NCBI GenBank assembly: GCA_046328015.1
Contig: JAXLXH010000001.1
Span: 2,546,350-2,610,349, forward strand
DNA from: Candidatus Sericytochromatia bacterium
GTDB taxonomy: Bacteria > Cyanobacteriota > Sericytochromatia > UBA7694 > JACMQJ01
DNA length: 64,000 bases
Reading direction: 5' to 3'
Positions 10,540-19,663 of this stretch are shown here, in pieces. The position numbers and the translations under genes were made by a program. The first letter of the stretch is position 1. Each line of letters opens with the position of its first letter. The notes below the pieces were generated by a model, which saw only the letters and a list, made by a program, of their open reading frames with translations, was not told the origin of the DNA and made no database searches.

Positions 10540-10898
10540 TTTTTTATACCTCCACAACAAGGACTAATAATTTTTGATAGAAATTTTGAAAGTTGAGAAA
10601 CTTTTTCTTTATTAATAGAATAAAGCATATTTTTACCTTTACGTTCGACATTTATAAGCCCTGCATAACGTAACTCTTTTAGATGATGTGACATAGTGGA
10701 TGTAATATTATTTTCACCAGTTATTGTGCAACATATATCACCTACTGTAATACCACAAACATTTCTAATATTATTTTCGTCATCTAAAGCGAAAGAATCA
10801 CAACAAGAAGCAAGATATTCAAATATTTTTAATCTTGACGGTTCTCCTAACGCTTTTAGTAAAACAGCCATTTCTTTTATTTCTAATTCATTACTCAT
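10536..10898 (-). CDS. arsR: ArsR/SmtB-family metalloregulator with multiple Cys pairs
   Basis: Winged-HTH 'PSRLKIFEYLAS...MSHHLKELRYAGLI' typical of ArsR. Cys pairs ASCC, DICC and a C-terminal PCCGG are possible As(III)/MAs(III) sites. Confidence 0.75.
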   Translation of the reverse strand: MSNELEIKEMAVLLKALGEPSRLKIFEYLASCCDSFALDDENNIRNVCGITVGDICCTITGENNITSTMSHHLKELRYAGLINVERKGKNMLYSINKEKVSQLSKFLSKIISPCCGGIKK

Positions 10899-10996
10899 TT
10901 CTATACTTTCATATTTTTATAACTATAGAAATATTAGAGTATAAAATATAAATTGTCAATGTTTTTTATAAAAATATTTTTACTAAAACGGATATA

Positions 10997-11851
10997 TTAA
11001 TCAAAAACATCAGATGGTTTAAGTGGCGTATCTACATACATATCCAAAGTAATACTAGTAGAAGCATGACCTAAATATTTAGATATACCTTTAATACTTT
11101 TCCCTTCTTGATGTTTTATGGTAGCAAAAGAATGTCTTAAAGTATGAGGATGAACATCTTTTAGCAGTATTTCTTGTCCATATTTATGTATTTCAGCATG
11201 AACATATCTTCTAGAAAAAGGTTCTCCATTTTTATTTATAAATAAATAATCTTTTGATTTATAAGCATTTTTTATTCTTTTTAATAATTCATCTGTTAAA
11301 TATATGGTTCTTTCTTTTCTACCTTTACCAACAACTTTAAAATAATGGAAACCTTGAGATAATTTAGAATTTTTTAATCTTAAGCTTAATAACTCACTAA
11401 CTCTCAAGCCACTAATAGCTAAAGTTTCAATTATTAAGGAGATTTTTTTAGGTGTTTTTTCTATCAAAATATCAATCTCTTCTTTATTTAAAGTATCACC
11501 TTCATAAATAGCTTTATCTATTTTAAACCCCTTTAATTCTTCTTTAAAAAACTCATTTAACATGCTAATAAACATATAACTATCAGATTCTTTGGGTAAA
11601 GTTTTTTTTATGCCCAATTTTAAAGCTTGTTTTTTTACATTTAAAGTTTGAGGACTATAATCTTGTTTTAATAACCACTGCCAAAAAATAGCTAAATTTT
11701 CTCTGGTTAGGGGTAAATTATTATCTTTTAGGTAATTATTAAATTGCTTTATATGGCAATCATAGTTTTTATCATTAATAAAAACCATACCTTCTAATGA
11801 GTTATTATTATTTACTTTTTCTAAAGTATTATCAGATAATATCAAATCCAT
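10997..11851 (-). CDS. tyrosine recombinase (XerD-like / phage-integrase family)
   Basis: C-terminal catalytic box 'HPHTLRHSFAT...LGHASTSITLDMYVD' (R-H-R-Y residues). N-terminal SAM-like core-binding domain. Confidence 0.8.
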   Translation of the reverse strand: MDLILSDNTLEKVNNNNSLEGMVFINDKNYDCHIKQFNNYLKDNNLPLTRENLAIFWQWLLKQDYSPQTLNVKKQALKLGIKKTLPKESDSYMFISMLNEFFKEELKGFKIDKAIYEGDTLNKEEIDILIEKTPKKISLIIETLAISGLRVSELLSLRLKNSKLSQGFHYFKVVGKGRKERTIYLTDELLKRIKNAYKSKDYLFINKNGEPFSRRYVHAEIHKYGQEILLKDVHPHTLRHSFATIKHQEGKSIKGISKYLGHASTSITLDMYVDTPLKPSDVFD

Positions 11852-11855
11852 ATTT

Positions 11856-12806
11856 TTATTCGGTTACAAATATTACTTTCTTCTCTAAAAACTGAGAATT
11901 AAGCTCTTTTTCATATTCTTGAGCATCAAGTTTTTCTAAATCTTTTGCCTTAATATCAAAATAATTTTTAGCAAATTTTTTATTAAAATCTATTTTAATC
12001 ATTTCTTTTATTCTTACAAGAGATTCTTTAAAAACATTATCATCATATTCATAACGAATATTTTCTATTTTTAGTGGAAAATTTAATTTTTTAGAAAACC
12101 AAATATTTATTTTATCAATATATTTACTTTCGCTAAAATATTCTGTTTTGGGGTATATTTTTATGCGTTCTATGTTAAAAACTTCGCAATCATAACCTTT
12201 AAATTTTTCAGTATAAATTTTTTTATGTTTTATATTTTTTAAAAAATTATAAAGCTTTTTGTTATTTTCAAACATTTCATAATCATAAATATTTTCTATA
12301 GCAAAATCAAAAACTTTGGTATCCTTAGTTAAATTTTTATATTCCATACCAAAATCATTATATTTATCTAAAAAACCGTTAAAAGAATAAAAAATATTTT
12401 TATCTTTATCAATAATAATATAATTTCTAGTATTATCATTACCTAAAGTTGTTATTTTTATTTTATTTTTTATAGTGCTATAAACTTCTTTTTGTCCATA
12501 AAAACCATGGTCTTTTAATATTTCAAGTAAATTAGTTTCAGTAATATTTTCTTTTAATTGGGGATAAACCTTAGTATCATAAGTTATTTCAATATTTTCT
12601 GGTAAAGCATAAGCTTTTTGAAAATTTAAAATAATTAAACTAGTAAAACCAAATAAAAAATATTTTATGATTACTAGAGAAGACCTCAGAGCTCCGCTCT
12701 GGGGTTTCAGGGGGTACGGGGGCATAGCCCCCGATCCCTTCCTCCTACGGGGGATCACCCCCGTAGGAGGTCTTAAATTCATTATTAAAGAATTATTTAA
12801 AACCAC
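11856..12806 (-). CDS. hypothetical secreted protein; N-terminal about 40 codons are read through a family-A repeat
   Basis: Hydrophobic signal-like segment 'IIKYFLFGFTSLIILNFQKAYA'. The only in-frame ATG upstream (MPPYPLKPQ...) lies inside the repeat at 12679-12784. No family assignment. Confidence 0.45.
   Translation of the reverse strand: MVLNNSLIMNLRPPTGVIPRRRKGSGAMPPYPLKPQSGALRSSLVIIKYFLFGFTSLIILNFQKAYALPENIEITYDTKVYPQLKENITETNLLEILKDHGFYGQKEVYSTIKNKIKITTLGNDNTRNYIIIDKDKNIFYSFNGFLDKYNDFGMEYKNLTKDTKVFDFAIENIYDYEMFENNKKLYNFLKNIKHKKIYTEKFKGYDCEVFNIERIKIYPKTEYFSESKYIDKINIWFSKKLNFPLKIENIRYEYDDNVFKESLVRIKEMIKIDFNKKFAKNYFDIKAKDLEKLDAQEYEKELNSQFLEKKVIFVTE
12679..12784. repeat. family-A GC-rich palindromic element, copy 2
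   Basis: 'gagctccgctctggggtttcagggggtacgggggcatagcccccgatcccttcctcctacgggggatcacccccgtaggaggtcttaaattcatt' contains the perfect palindrome cctacgggggatcacccccgtagg and gacctc/gaggtc ends. Confidence 0.8.
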
Positions 12807-13951
12807 GATTTAAAAGAATTCCAAGCTGATGAAATACCATTTGATATTTTACCTACAGTATTTCCAACTGCATTAGCTAAACGATCTACTTGTTTTTCTG
12901 CAAAAGCAACAGCCTTACCAACTCCTTCTTTAGCTTTATCGGCTACATAAGTTAAAGCTTTACCTGTTTTTTCTAAGGCAACTCCAACTGTTTTAGAAAC
13001 TTTTGCTACCACTACTTGTCCTGTAGCTTTTACGGTATTTACTACACCACCTTTTTTGAAGTTCTCATCAGCTTTAGCTTCCATTTTATTTCCATAATCT
13101 TGAGCTTTTTTACCAGCTTTTTCAGCTCCTTCGCCTAAAGTTTTCACTCCTTTTATCGCAGCTCCTGCCACTATAGATGTTGCGGCAATAATAGTTTGTC
13201 CTTGAGCTGCTACAGATGAAGCCATTACTCCAGCTACTTTTCCATCTTTTTTAGAAACATTCTCATAAGTTTGTTTTACTTTTGTGCCTACATGTTGTAC
13301 GGCACTTTCATTTTCACCTTTTGCATCTTTAAACCAACCAAATTCCTTAGTTGCTTTATCTCCATAATGAGCTATCTCAGCCCCAGCATAAACAGCTATA
13401 CCAATAGGGCCACTAACCACAGCTGAAGTAACTAAAGCACCACCTTTTACTACATTCCAACCACCATCATAAGTATCTCCTTTTGCTATTTGATAAATTC
13501 CTTTACCTATTTGTAGTGAACCGCCAGCTACGCCTAAAACAGTTAAACCTTTTGATAATCCAGAGGCTAATTTATCATGATTAGCTATAACTAATCTTCC
13601 AATAGAACTTTTTTCAACAAATTGAACAACTTTATTTTCAGTAAGAAAAGTGGCAACATTTTTTACTGTTTTACTTTCCATTACAGCATTTTTTATTTTA
13701 TCTATTTTTCCAGATGCTTCTGCTGGTTCAAAAGTTCCTTGAGCAATCTTTTTTACTTTAGAAGTTGTTTCTATAGCTGTATTACCATTACTAACAACGC
13801 TTTTAGCTGTTTTTACTCCTTGAGAACTTACATCAAATACTTCTTGTGTTTTATCAGCAGATTTTAATGCTTTTTGAGATGCTGTTTTTACATTTCCACC
13901 AAAAGTACTTCCAACTGGAGTTTGAGAAAAAGAAAGAGTTCCACCAGACAT
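12797..13951 (-). CDS. Gly/Ala/Lys-rich protein with central glycine-zipper hydrophobic region and amphipathic-helix repeats (possible membrane-active protein)
   Basis: No signal peptide. 'GLTVLGVAGGSLQIGKGIYQIAKG...GGALVTSAVVSGPIGIAVYAGAEIAHYG' hydrophobic Gly-zipper segment, then KAxxKxxxGVGKAVA-like repeats. Overlaps the start of the downstream ORF by 10 nt, so the two are probably co-transcribed. Confidence 0.5.
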   Translation of the reverse strand: MSGGTLSFSQTPVGSTFGGNVKTASQKALKSADKTQEVFDVSSQGVKTAKSVVSNGNTAIETTSKVKKIAQGTFEPAEASGKIDKIKNAVMESKTVKNVATFLTENKVVQFVEKSSIGRLVIANHDKLASGLSKGLTVLGVAGGSLQIGKGIYQIAKGDTYDGGWNVVKGGALVTSAVVSGPIGIAVYAGAEIAHYGDKATKEFGWFKDAKGENESAVQHVGTKVKQTYENVSKKDGKVAGVMASSVAAQGQTIIAATSIVAGAAIKGVKTLGEGAEKAGKKAQDYGNKMEAKADENFKKGGVVNTVKATGQVVVAKVSKTVGVALEKTGKALTYVADKAKEGVGKAVAFAEKQVDRLANAVGNTVGKISNGISSAWNSFKSWF

Positions 13952-14080
13952 AAAAAACCCTCAAAGATATAAAATAAAATTCCTTATTAATAATAGTAAA
14001 AATTAAAAAAATATTTCTTCATTTAAAGGTTTTTTAACAATTAAATTTTATATAATTCCTGATGGTTTCAAAAAAACATC

Positions 14081-14174
14081 ATTTTTTACGAAAAATATTG
14101 GTGTAAAACCCAGTATTTTCGTAGAGGAAAAGCACTGTTTTGTCCTCTCCGAGACCCCCAAGGTCTTAATTTTA
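14081..14174. repeat. family-B MITE copy
   Basis: 'ttttacgaaaaatattggtgtaaaacccagtattttcgtagaggaaaagcactgttttg...ggtcttaatttt' matches 22190-22283 almost base for base in the core. Confidence 0.75.
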
Positions 14175-14999
14175 AAAAGAGTCAATTTTTTCTATATCTT
14201 CTTTTTCCAGATTAATAGATTTATAAGAAGAAATAGCTAAGTTTATATTTTCTTTTTTAGTGGAACTAATAATAGGTATAATATTTGAACCTTTACTTTT
14301 TATCCATAAAAGAGTAATAATTTCAGAGCTTGTATTATATTTTTTTGCCAATGATTGTAATAAATTATCTAATAAAGTATTATTTCCTTTATGATAAATT
14401 CCATAAGCAAAATATAAAATATTGTTGTCCTTACAATAATCTAATAAACCTGTTTTTAAGTCTTTCTGAAAAAAAGGATTAAGTTTATTTTGTATAGAGT
14501 AAATACCACTAATTTTATCTAAATTTTGAAATTCATATAAATCTATTAAATCTATATTTGATAAGCCAAAATTTAAAATTTTACCTTTTTCTTTTAATTC
14601 TTTAATAGTATTTAAAATTATATTTTTAGCTACTTTTTTATCATAAACATGTAATTGATAAAGAAAAAGCTTTTTTAAATTCAAATTTTCTAAGCTTTTA
14701 TTGCAACAATAATTCAAAAATTCAGGTCTATTATCTATAACAGATTGATTGTTTTTTATATAATAACCGCCTTTAGTAGCAATAAATAATTCTTTTAATT
14801 TTTCACCTAATAAGCTTTCTAAAAATCTTTCATTACCACCAATATCATCATAATTTTTACCATAATAATATGCGGTATCTATAATATTTATATCCGAATC
14901 TAAAACGTGTTTTATAAGCTCTTTACTTTTTAGAGTATCTTCTTGAAGCTTTTTTGATAAAATAAAGCTACCATAAGCAAGATTAGAAATATTATTCAT
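14172..14999 (-). CDS. aldo/keto reductase-family oxidoreductase
   Basis: 'IIDTAYYYG' resembles the AKR 'IDTAxxYG' active-site region. Length and pattern are consistent with an AKR. Confidence 0.55.
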   Translation of the reverse strand: MNNISNLAYGSFILSKKLQEDTLKSKELIKHVLDSDINIIDTAYYYGKNYDDIGGNERFLESLLGEKLKELFIATKGGYYIKNNQSVIDNRPEFLNYCCNKSLENLNLKKLFLYQLHVYDKKVAKNIILNTIKELKEKGKILNFGLSNIDLIDLYEFQNLDKISGIYSIQNKLNPFFQKDLKTGLLDYCKDNNILYFAYGIYHKGNNTLLDNLLQSLAKKYNTSSEIITLLWIKSKGSNIIPIISSTKKENINLAISSYKSINLEKEDIEKIDSF

Positions 15000-15001
15000 A
15001 A

Positions 15002-15787
15002 TTAATTAGCTATATCTATATAATCTGTATGAACATCACAAGGATTTTTCATTTCTTGCATTCTCCAATAATTTCTACCATTATATTTTTTAAAAGTAAA
15101 ATCTCCTAATCTTTGACAAGGCATACCAGAAAAAATATGGTTTATTTGCATAGTAATTTTTCCATTAAAATTTAGTTGGTATTTATCAATACTAGTAAAA
15201 AAACCATCTATTTCTAAAAAATCACCTTTTACTTTTTTTGAATTATATCTACCTTTCATAAAAACTTTATTATCTTTTTCAAAAACCTTGATCTTTTCAT
15301 AATCATTAAAACTTATCCATTGTAAAGATATTTTAGTGTTTTTTAATAAGCTTTTTTTAGCTTTACTGTCTTTTATTATGGTTTTAGTATAATCAGGTGC
15401 TTTTAGATTAAATTTAAGTTCTTTACCTTCTCCTTTTGGTAGCCAAGTTCCAGTAAAATTATTATCTAAAATTTTACCTTCCAAAGAGCCTGTAACTTTT
15501 TCTTTATCAGTAGATTCAGCTACAAAAATATTAGTAAGATTTTTATAAAAATCTCCATCATATCCTCCATCTAAAGTTAAATATTTTATACCCTCAGAAT
15601 CATAAGAATAAAATCCTGTAAGATGAGGATCTTTTTCATTATTATTTTTTATAAGTGTTAATTGAATAGGATATTTGTCCAATTTTCCAGAAAAATATCT
15701 GTAATAAGCACCTGCTGTTTCTTCTGAGAAGGAGTTATTTGTAAATAATAATTGTAAAATACCTATAAATAAAATAGTTTTTTTCAT
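15002..15787 (-). CDS. hypothetical secreted protein
   Basis: Signal peptide 'MKKTILFIGILQLLFTNNSFS'. No family recognised. Its start lies 3 nt from the stop of the AKR gene. Confidence 0.5.
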   Translation of the reverse strand: MKKTILFIGILQLLFTNNSFSEETAGAYYRYFSGKLDKYPIQLTLIKNNNEKDPHLTGFYSYDSEGIKYLTLDGGYDGDFYKNLTNIFVAESTDKEKVTGSLEGKILDNNFTGTWLPKGEGKELKFNLKAPDYTKTIIKDSKAKKSLLKNTKISLQWISFNDYEKIKVFEKDNKVFMKGRYNSKKVKGDFLEIDGFFTSIDKYQLNFNGKITMQINHIFSGMPCQRLGDFTFKKYNGRNYWRMQEMKNPCDVHTDYIDIAN

Positions 15788-15902
15788 AATAATATCCTTT
15801 TATGTTTAATTTTTATTTATAGTATAGAAAAATATACACAAAAGACATATTTTGTAATATAATTTTATTTTAGTAAAAACTTGTTTAAATATTGAGGTAA
15901 AA

Positions 15903-16637
15903 ATGAAAAAGATAATTTCTTCTATTCTTATGACATCTATTCTTTCATACTCGCTAACTTCTTGTACTAACCAAACAGAGAATCTAAATTTAACAGAATT
16001 AAATAATGTTGAAATAGCTAGTTTTTCGTCTAATGATAAAGAAGATATAGACAAAGTTTTTAATTATATAGATACAGATAAAAACTCTAAAATATCTATA
16101 ACAGAATTAAGCAAAGTTTTTAGTATATTAACTTCTGATAATAATGCGTATAAAGAAAAATTTAAATTAGTAGAAAAAGCTTTTCAAAATACAGATCTAG
16201 ATAAAAGTCAAACTTTGGATAAAAAAGAATTTGCTTCGTTTTCTACCGAACTAGATAAATTATCTGGAAAGATAGCTAAAAACTCTTTAGAATCTAAACC
16301 AAATAAAGTTGACCCTCAATATGTGAAAAAAACTTTTGATATGATTAGAGGTTCTGAAGATTATATTAATGAAAAAGCTTTTGTAAAATTTTTAACTAAC
16401 CCTCCAGATGTTACTGCTGGAGATGCTGTTAAAGTTTTTGTTCAATTAGATAAAAATAAAGATAGACAATTAGATTTAAAAGAATTTTCTAAACTTTTTG
16501 ATAAAATGGGTGATACTGTTGATAAAAATGGTATATTAGATGGTGTTAAAAAGGCATTTACTATGGCAGGTTTAATGCTTCTAATGCCTTTAGCATGGTT
16601 AGCTGAAAAGTTAGATATATTTCATAATATAAAATAG
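15903..16637 (+). CDS. EF-hand calcium-binding lipoprotein
   Basis: Lipobox 'SLTSC'. Two canonical EF-hand loops, 'DTDKNSKISITEL' and 'DKNKDRQLDLKEF' (D-x-[DN]-x-[DN]...E). Confidence 0.65.
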   Translation: MKKIISSILMTSILSYSLTSCTNQTENLNLTELNNVEIASFSSNDKEDIDKVFNYIDTDKNSKISITELSKVFSILTSDNNAYKEKFKLVEKAFQNTDLDKSQTLDKKEFASFSTELDKLSGKIAKNSLESKPNKVDPQYVKKTFDMIRGSEDYINEKAFVKFLTNPPDVTAGDAVKVFVQLDKNKDRQLDLKEFSKLFDKMGDTVDKNGILDGVKKAFTMAGLMLLMPLAWLAEKLDIFHNIK

Positions 16638-16655
16638 TTAGGTGAGTAATAAATA

Positions 16656-17885
16656 GTGAAGGTTTGGCATACAAAAAAATTATTTATAGGTTTTATAATT
16701 TTAGCTTTTTCAATAAATATTTCTTGTCAACCAGAATATGGTTATGTAGAGTTACCTAAATATGATTTCCCAGAACCTTCTGCTACACCAAAACCTTCTG
16801 TTAGTCCTAAAGAAGAAGAAGAAACTAAAACTACCACTAAACCTAAAACTGAACCTAAAAAAACTCCAGAAACACCTAAAAATACTTTAGATACTATTTT
16901 TTTAACATCAGAAGTTAAACATAAGTTAGAAAAATATGTAAAAGAAGATTTAAAAAGTACCTTTGATAATAATGGTTATTACCTATACTACAAAAATAAA
17001 GATGAAGAAGGTTTAATGATTAATAAAAAAGGTTCTAATTCTGCTTATTGGGTTCATGCAGATATTTATAAATCTTTTAAACAAGCTGGAGGGATAGAAA
17101 TTCTAGGCTACCCTGTAGCTGAACAAGAATTTATTCATCAAGATAAATTAAAAGATACTGTGGCTAAGCAACTTTTTGAAAAAGGGGTAATTTATTATTT
17201 TAATGATCCAGATTTAGAAAATTTTTATGAAAATACTTTGGTAAGATTATATGATGATTTAAAAATAGATAATATTGATTTTAAGTTTAAAACAGATGCC
17301 AATCTACCTACTTATGCAGAAAAATCTACAGGAAGACAAGGTGATCCTATAAATATAATTTTTATTGCAAAAAATCAAGAGCAAATAGAAAAAGCTTTTG
17401 ATGATTCTAAATGGGTTAAACCAAAATTTGGTTTTAATAATATACCTTTTTCTGAATTACAAGTTTATGGTAGAGGACAAGATTTAGGTTATGCCAGAGA
17501 AACTAGTAATATTTTTACTTTTTATAAAAGAAGACATCATATAAGATTTTGGAATTCTGCTACTAAAGAAAATGATAAAGAAATGTGGGTGGCAGCAGCT
17601 ACTGAAGATGTTGAAGTTAAGTTTAAAAATAAAGATTTAAGACAAGAAGAAAAGAATAATAAAGATCCTGATAGAAAAAATCCTTTAACGCATAAAATAG
17701 ATCCTGATACAGATAAAGAGCGAGAATACGTTAGAAAAACTTTAACAGAAAAAAATCCCAAAATTAAAACTTATTTTGTAAAACACCCCAAAATATCGGA
17801 TAAATTTGTTGATACTACTAATAGTAGTTTAGATTTGGTACTTTGGGATGGTAGAATTTTAGTTGTGGATTTAAGTGATATTTAA
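16656..17885 (+). CDS. lipoprotein with Pro/Thr/Lys-rich linker and an LGFP-like repeat
   Basis: Lipobox 'NISC'. Linker 'PKPSVSPKEEEETKTTTKPKTEPKKTPETPK'. 'GGIEILGYPVAEQEF...QLFEKGVIYYF' fits the LGFP-repeat pattern (LG[FY]P...Q.FE.G.IYW). Confidence 0.5.
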   Translation: MKVWHTKKLFIGFIILAFSINISCQPEYGYVELPKYDFPEPSATPKPSVSPKEEEETKTTTKPKTEPKKTPETPKNTLDTIFLTSEVKHKLEKYVKEDLKSTFDNNGYYLYYKNKDEEGLMINKKGSNSAYWVHADIYKSFKQAGGIEILGYPVAEQEFIHQDKLKDTVAKQLFEKGVIYYFNDPDLENFYENTLVRLYDDLKIDNIDFKFKTDANLPTYAEKSTGRQGDPINIIFIAKNQEQIEKAFDDSKWVKPKFGFNNIPFSELQVYGRGQDLGYARETSNIFTFYKRRHHIRFWNSATKENDKEMWVAAATEDVEVKFKNKDLRQEEKNNKDPDRKNPLTHKIDPDTDKEREYVRKTLTEKNPKIKTYFVKHPKISDKFVDTTNSSLDLVLWDGRILVVDLSDI

Positions 17886-18712
17886 GAAAAATTATGTAGC
17901 TCATAACCTATCATCATTTTTTTCTTACCACTACCCCAATAGTAATTTCCTATCTTACATTCTTTTCTTATAACTCTATGACAAGGAATTAAATAACTAA
18001 TTGGGTTAGAACCAATTGCAGTTCCAACAGCTCTAATTGCTTTAGGGTTTTCTATATGATTCGCAATAGTTTGATAACTTACTAAAATTCCTTCTGGTAT
18101 TTTTAATAAAGCTTCCCAAACTTTTATTTGAAAATTAGTACCTTTTAATAATAGATTTAATTTCCCTTTTTTTAATTCACCATAAAAAATCTTGTTTACA
18201 ATATCTTTGGTGTTTTCTTTATTTTCAATAAAATTACTTAATTCCCATTTTTCTTTTATTTCATTTAGAGCTTTATCATAATCATTGTTTATAACAAAAC
18301 CTAAACCACAAAGCCCTCTTTTTGTAATTGCTACGATACATTCTCCAAAAGGAGTATCATGAAATCCATATTCAATATTTAATCCTTTACCTTTGGTTTT
18401 ATATTCATTAGGTGTCATTGCTTCAATATTAACAAATAAATCATAAACTCTAGATTGAGCAGATAAACCAGCATAGTCTGAAATTTCACAAACATTACTA
18501 ATATCATAAATTTTATTTTTAATGTATTCTATAGTAAGATAACCCAAAAATTTTTTGGGACTAATTCCAACCCAGTTTATAAATTCTTTTTGAAAATTAT
18601 CTGCTTTAAATCCAAATTTTGTAGCAATCTCTTCTATTTTAGGATTATTATTTTTATTATCATAAATATATTTTATGATTTCTTCCATTTTATAATAATT
18701 TTCTTTTTGCAT
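17882..18712 (-). CDS. Ada-like fusion: AraC-type HTH regulator + O6-methylguanine-DNA methyltransferase
   Basis: C-terminal 'IPCHRVIR' is the MGMT active-site PCHR motif. N-terminal AraC-type HTH. Confidence 0.8.
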   Translation of the reverse strand: MQKENYYKMEEIIKYIYDNKNNNPKIEEIATKFGFKADNFQKEFINWVGISPKKFLGYLTIEYIKNKIYDISNVCEISDYAGLSAQSRVYDLFVNIEAMTPNEYKTKGKGLNIEYGFHDTPFGECIVAITKRGLCGLGFVINNDYDKALNEIKEKWELSNFIENKENTKDIVNKIFYGELKKGKLNLLLKGTNFQIKVWEALLKIPEGILVSYQTIANHIENPKAIRAVGTAIGSNPISYLIPCHRVIRKECKIGNYYWGSGKKKMMIGYELHNFS

Positions 18713-18789
18713 AAAATTAACCCTCTAATTTTTTATAGTTTAATTTTAAAATAAAAAAGATTATAACCCAACCTGATTTTAGAAAAAAA

Positions 18790-19224
18790 CTATTTAAGTT
18801 TAATTATTACATTAGGAATCCATAATTTTATCCAACGAGAGATTTTTTCTTCGGCACTTAAAATTTTTGGGGATACATTTAAATTGTCTCCAAAATTTAG
18901 TTTTTGCTCTAAACAACTTAAATTGATATTTCCATAAATACCAGAATTATCTTTAAAAATTACAGCTACAAAAACACCACAGTTTTTACATAAAATAAAA
19001 GAAGCATTATTAGAACCTTGTTGATATTCATGAATACTTTGCTCTTTAGCTTCTATTACTAATTCTCCTAAGGGATCAGAAATATATTTAGCACCATGTT
19101 TTTGACAAAAAGAGCAATCACAAACTCTAGGGTTAATCTCTGATTGCTCTAAATTGGTAGCAAAAGTAAAAGTTATATTTTTACAATAACAACTACCATA
19201 ATGAGTAAATTTTTTTACTGACAT
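18790..19224 (-). CDS. GFA-family (glutathione-dependent formaldehyde-activating-like) zinc-binding protein
   Basis: Cys motifs 'GSCYCKN', 'RVCDCSFCQKHG' and 'CKNCG' are typical of GFA/CENP-V domains. Confidence 0.55.
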   Translation of the reverse strand: MSVKKFTHYGSCYCKNITFTFATNLEQSEINPRVCDCSFCQKHGAKYISDPLGELVIEAKEQSIHEYQQGSNNASFILCKNCGVFVAVIFKDNSGIYGNINLSCLEQKLNFGDNLNVSPKILSAEEKISRWIKLWIPNVIIKLK

Positions 19225-19232
19225 TTAAATTC

Positions 19233-19586
19233 TTATAATTTACATTTTTTTGCTTCATCAATCTCAGGAGTTAAAGCTAAAAAGTCTTTAGCTAATTTTT
19301 CGTATCTAGCTAAATCTTCAGCTGAAACATTAGCAGGGTAAGCTTGAAAAGTCATATAATCATTCATAATAGATTTTTTTTCAGGTTTACTATCAGGCAC
19401 TTTATCTACAATACATTTAAAAAAGGCTAATAAAGTAACTTTATTCAAAGTTCCTGTAGGTGCAGCTGAAGCACTTGGAGCTACACTAGAATTTGGTGTA
19501 GGAGAAGAACTAGAATTTGTAGCTGGAGTTCCATTACAAGCTGTTACGATTAATAAGGTTGATAAGGCTATAATAAATTTTTTCAT
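19233..19586 (-). CDS. small lipoprotein (hypothetical)
   Basis: Lipobox 'IVTAC', Ser/Pro-rich linker, two Cys. Lies between the GFA gene and the P-type ATPase gene. Confidence 0.45.
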   Translation of the reverse strand: MKKFIIALSTLLIVTACNGTPATNSSSSPTPNSSVAPSASAAPTGTLNKVTLLAFFKCIVDKVPDSKPEKKSIMNDYMTFQAYPANVSAEDLARYEKLAKDFLALTPEIDEAKKCKL

Positions 19587-19663
19587 TTTTTGCTCCTTAT
19601 AAAATAATGAATACTTAATTTTATAACTAATATTTTTTAATGCAATATTTTAATAAAAAATAA

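Noticed and set aside
10997-11851. Calling the recombinase definitively an island integrase versus housekeeping XerD
   Set aside because: The length (284 aa) and domain layout fit either. No dif-like 28-bp site or att-flanking tRNA could be identified. I left it as a generic tyrosine recombinase.
9870-12784. tRNA or tmRNA genes hidden in the GC-rich islands
   Set aside because: These segments are perfect palindromes or hairpins. They lack cloverleaf arm spacing, the GTTC T-loop and a CCA-compatible acceptor stem.
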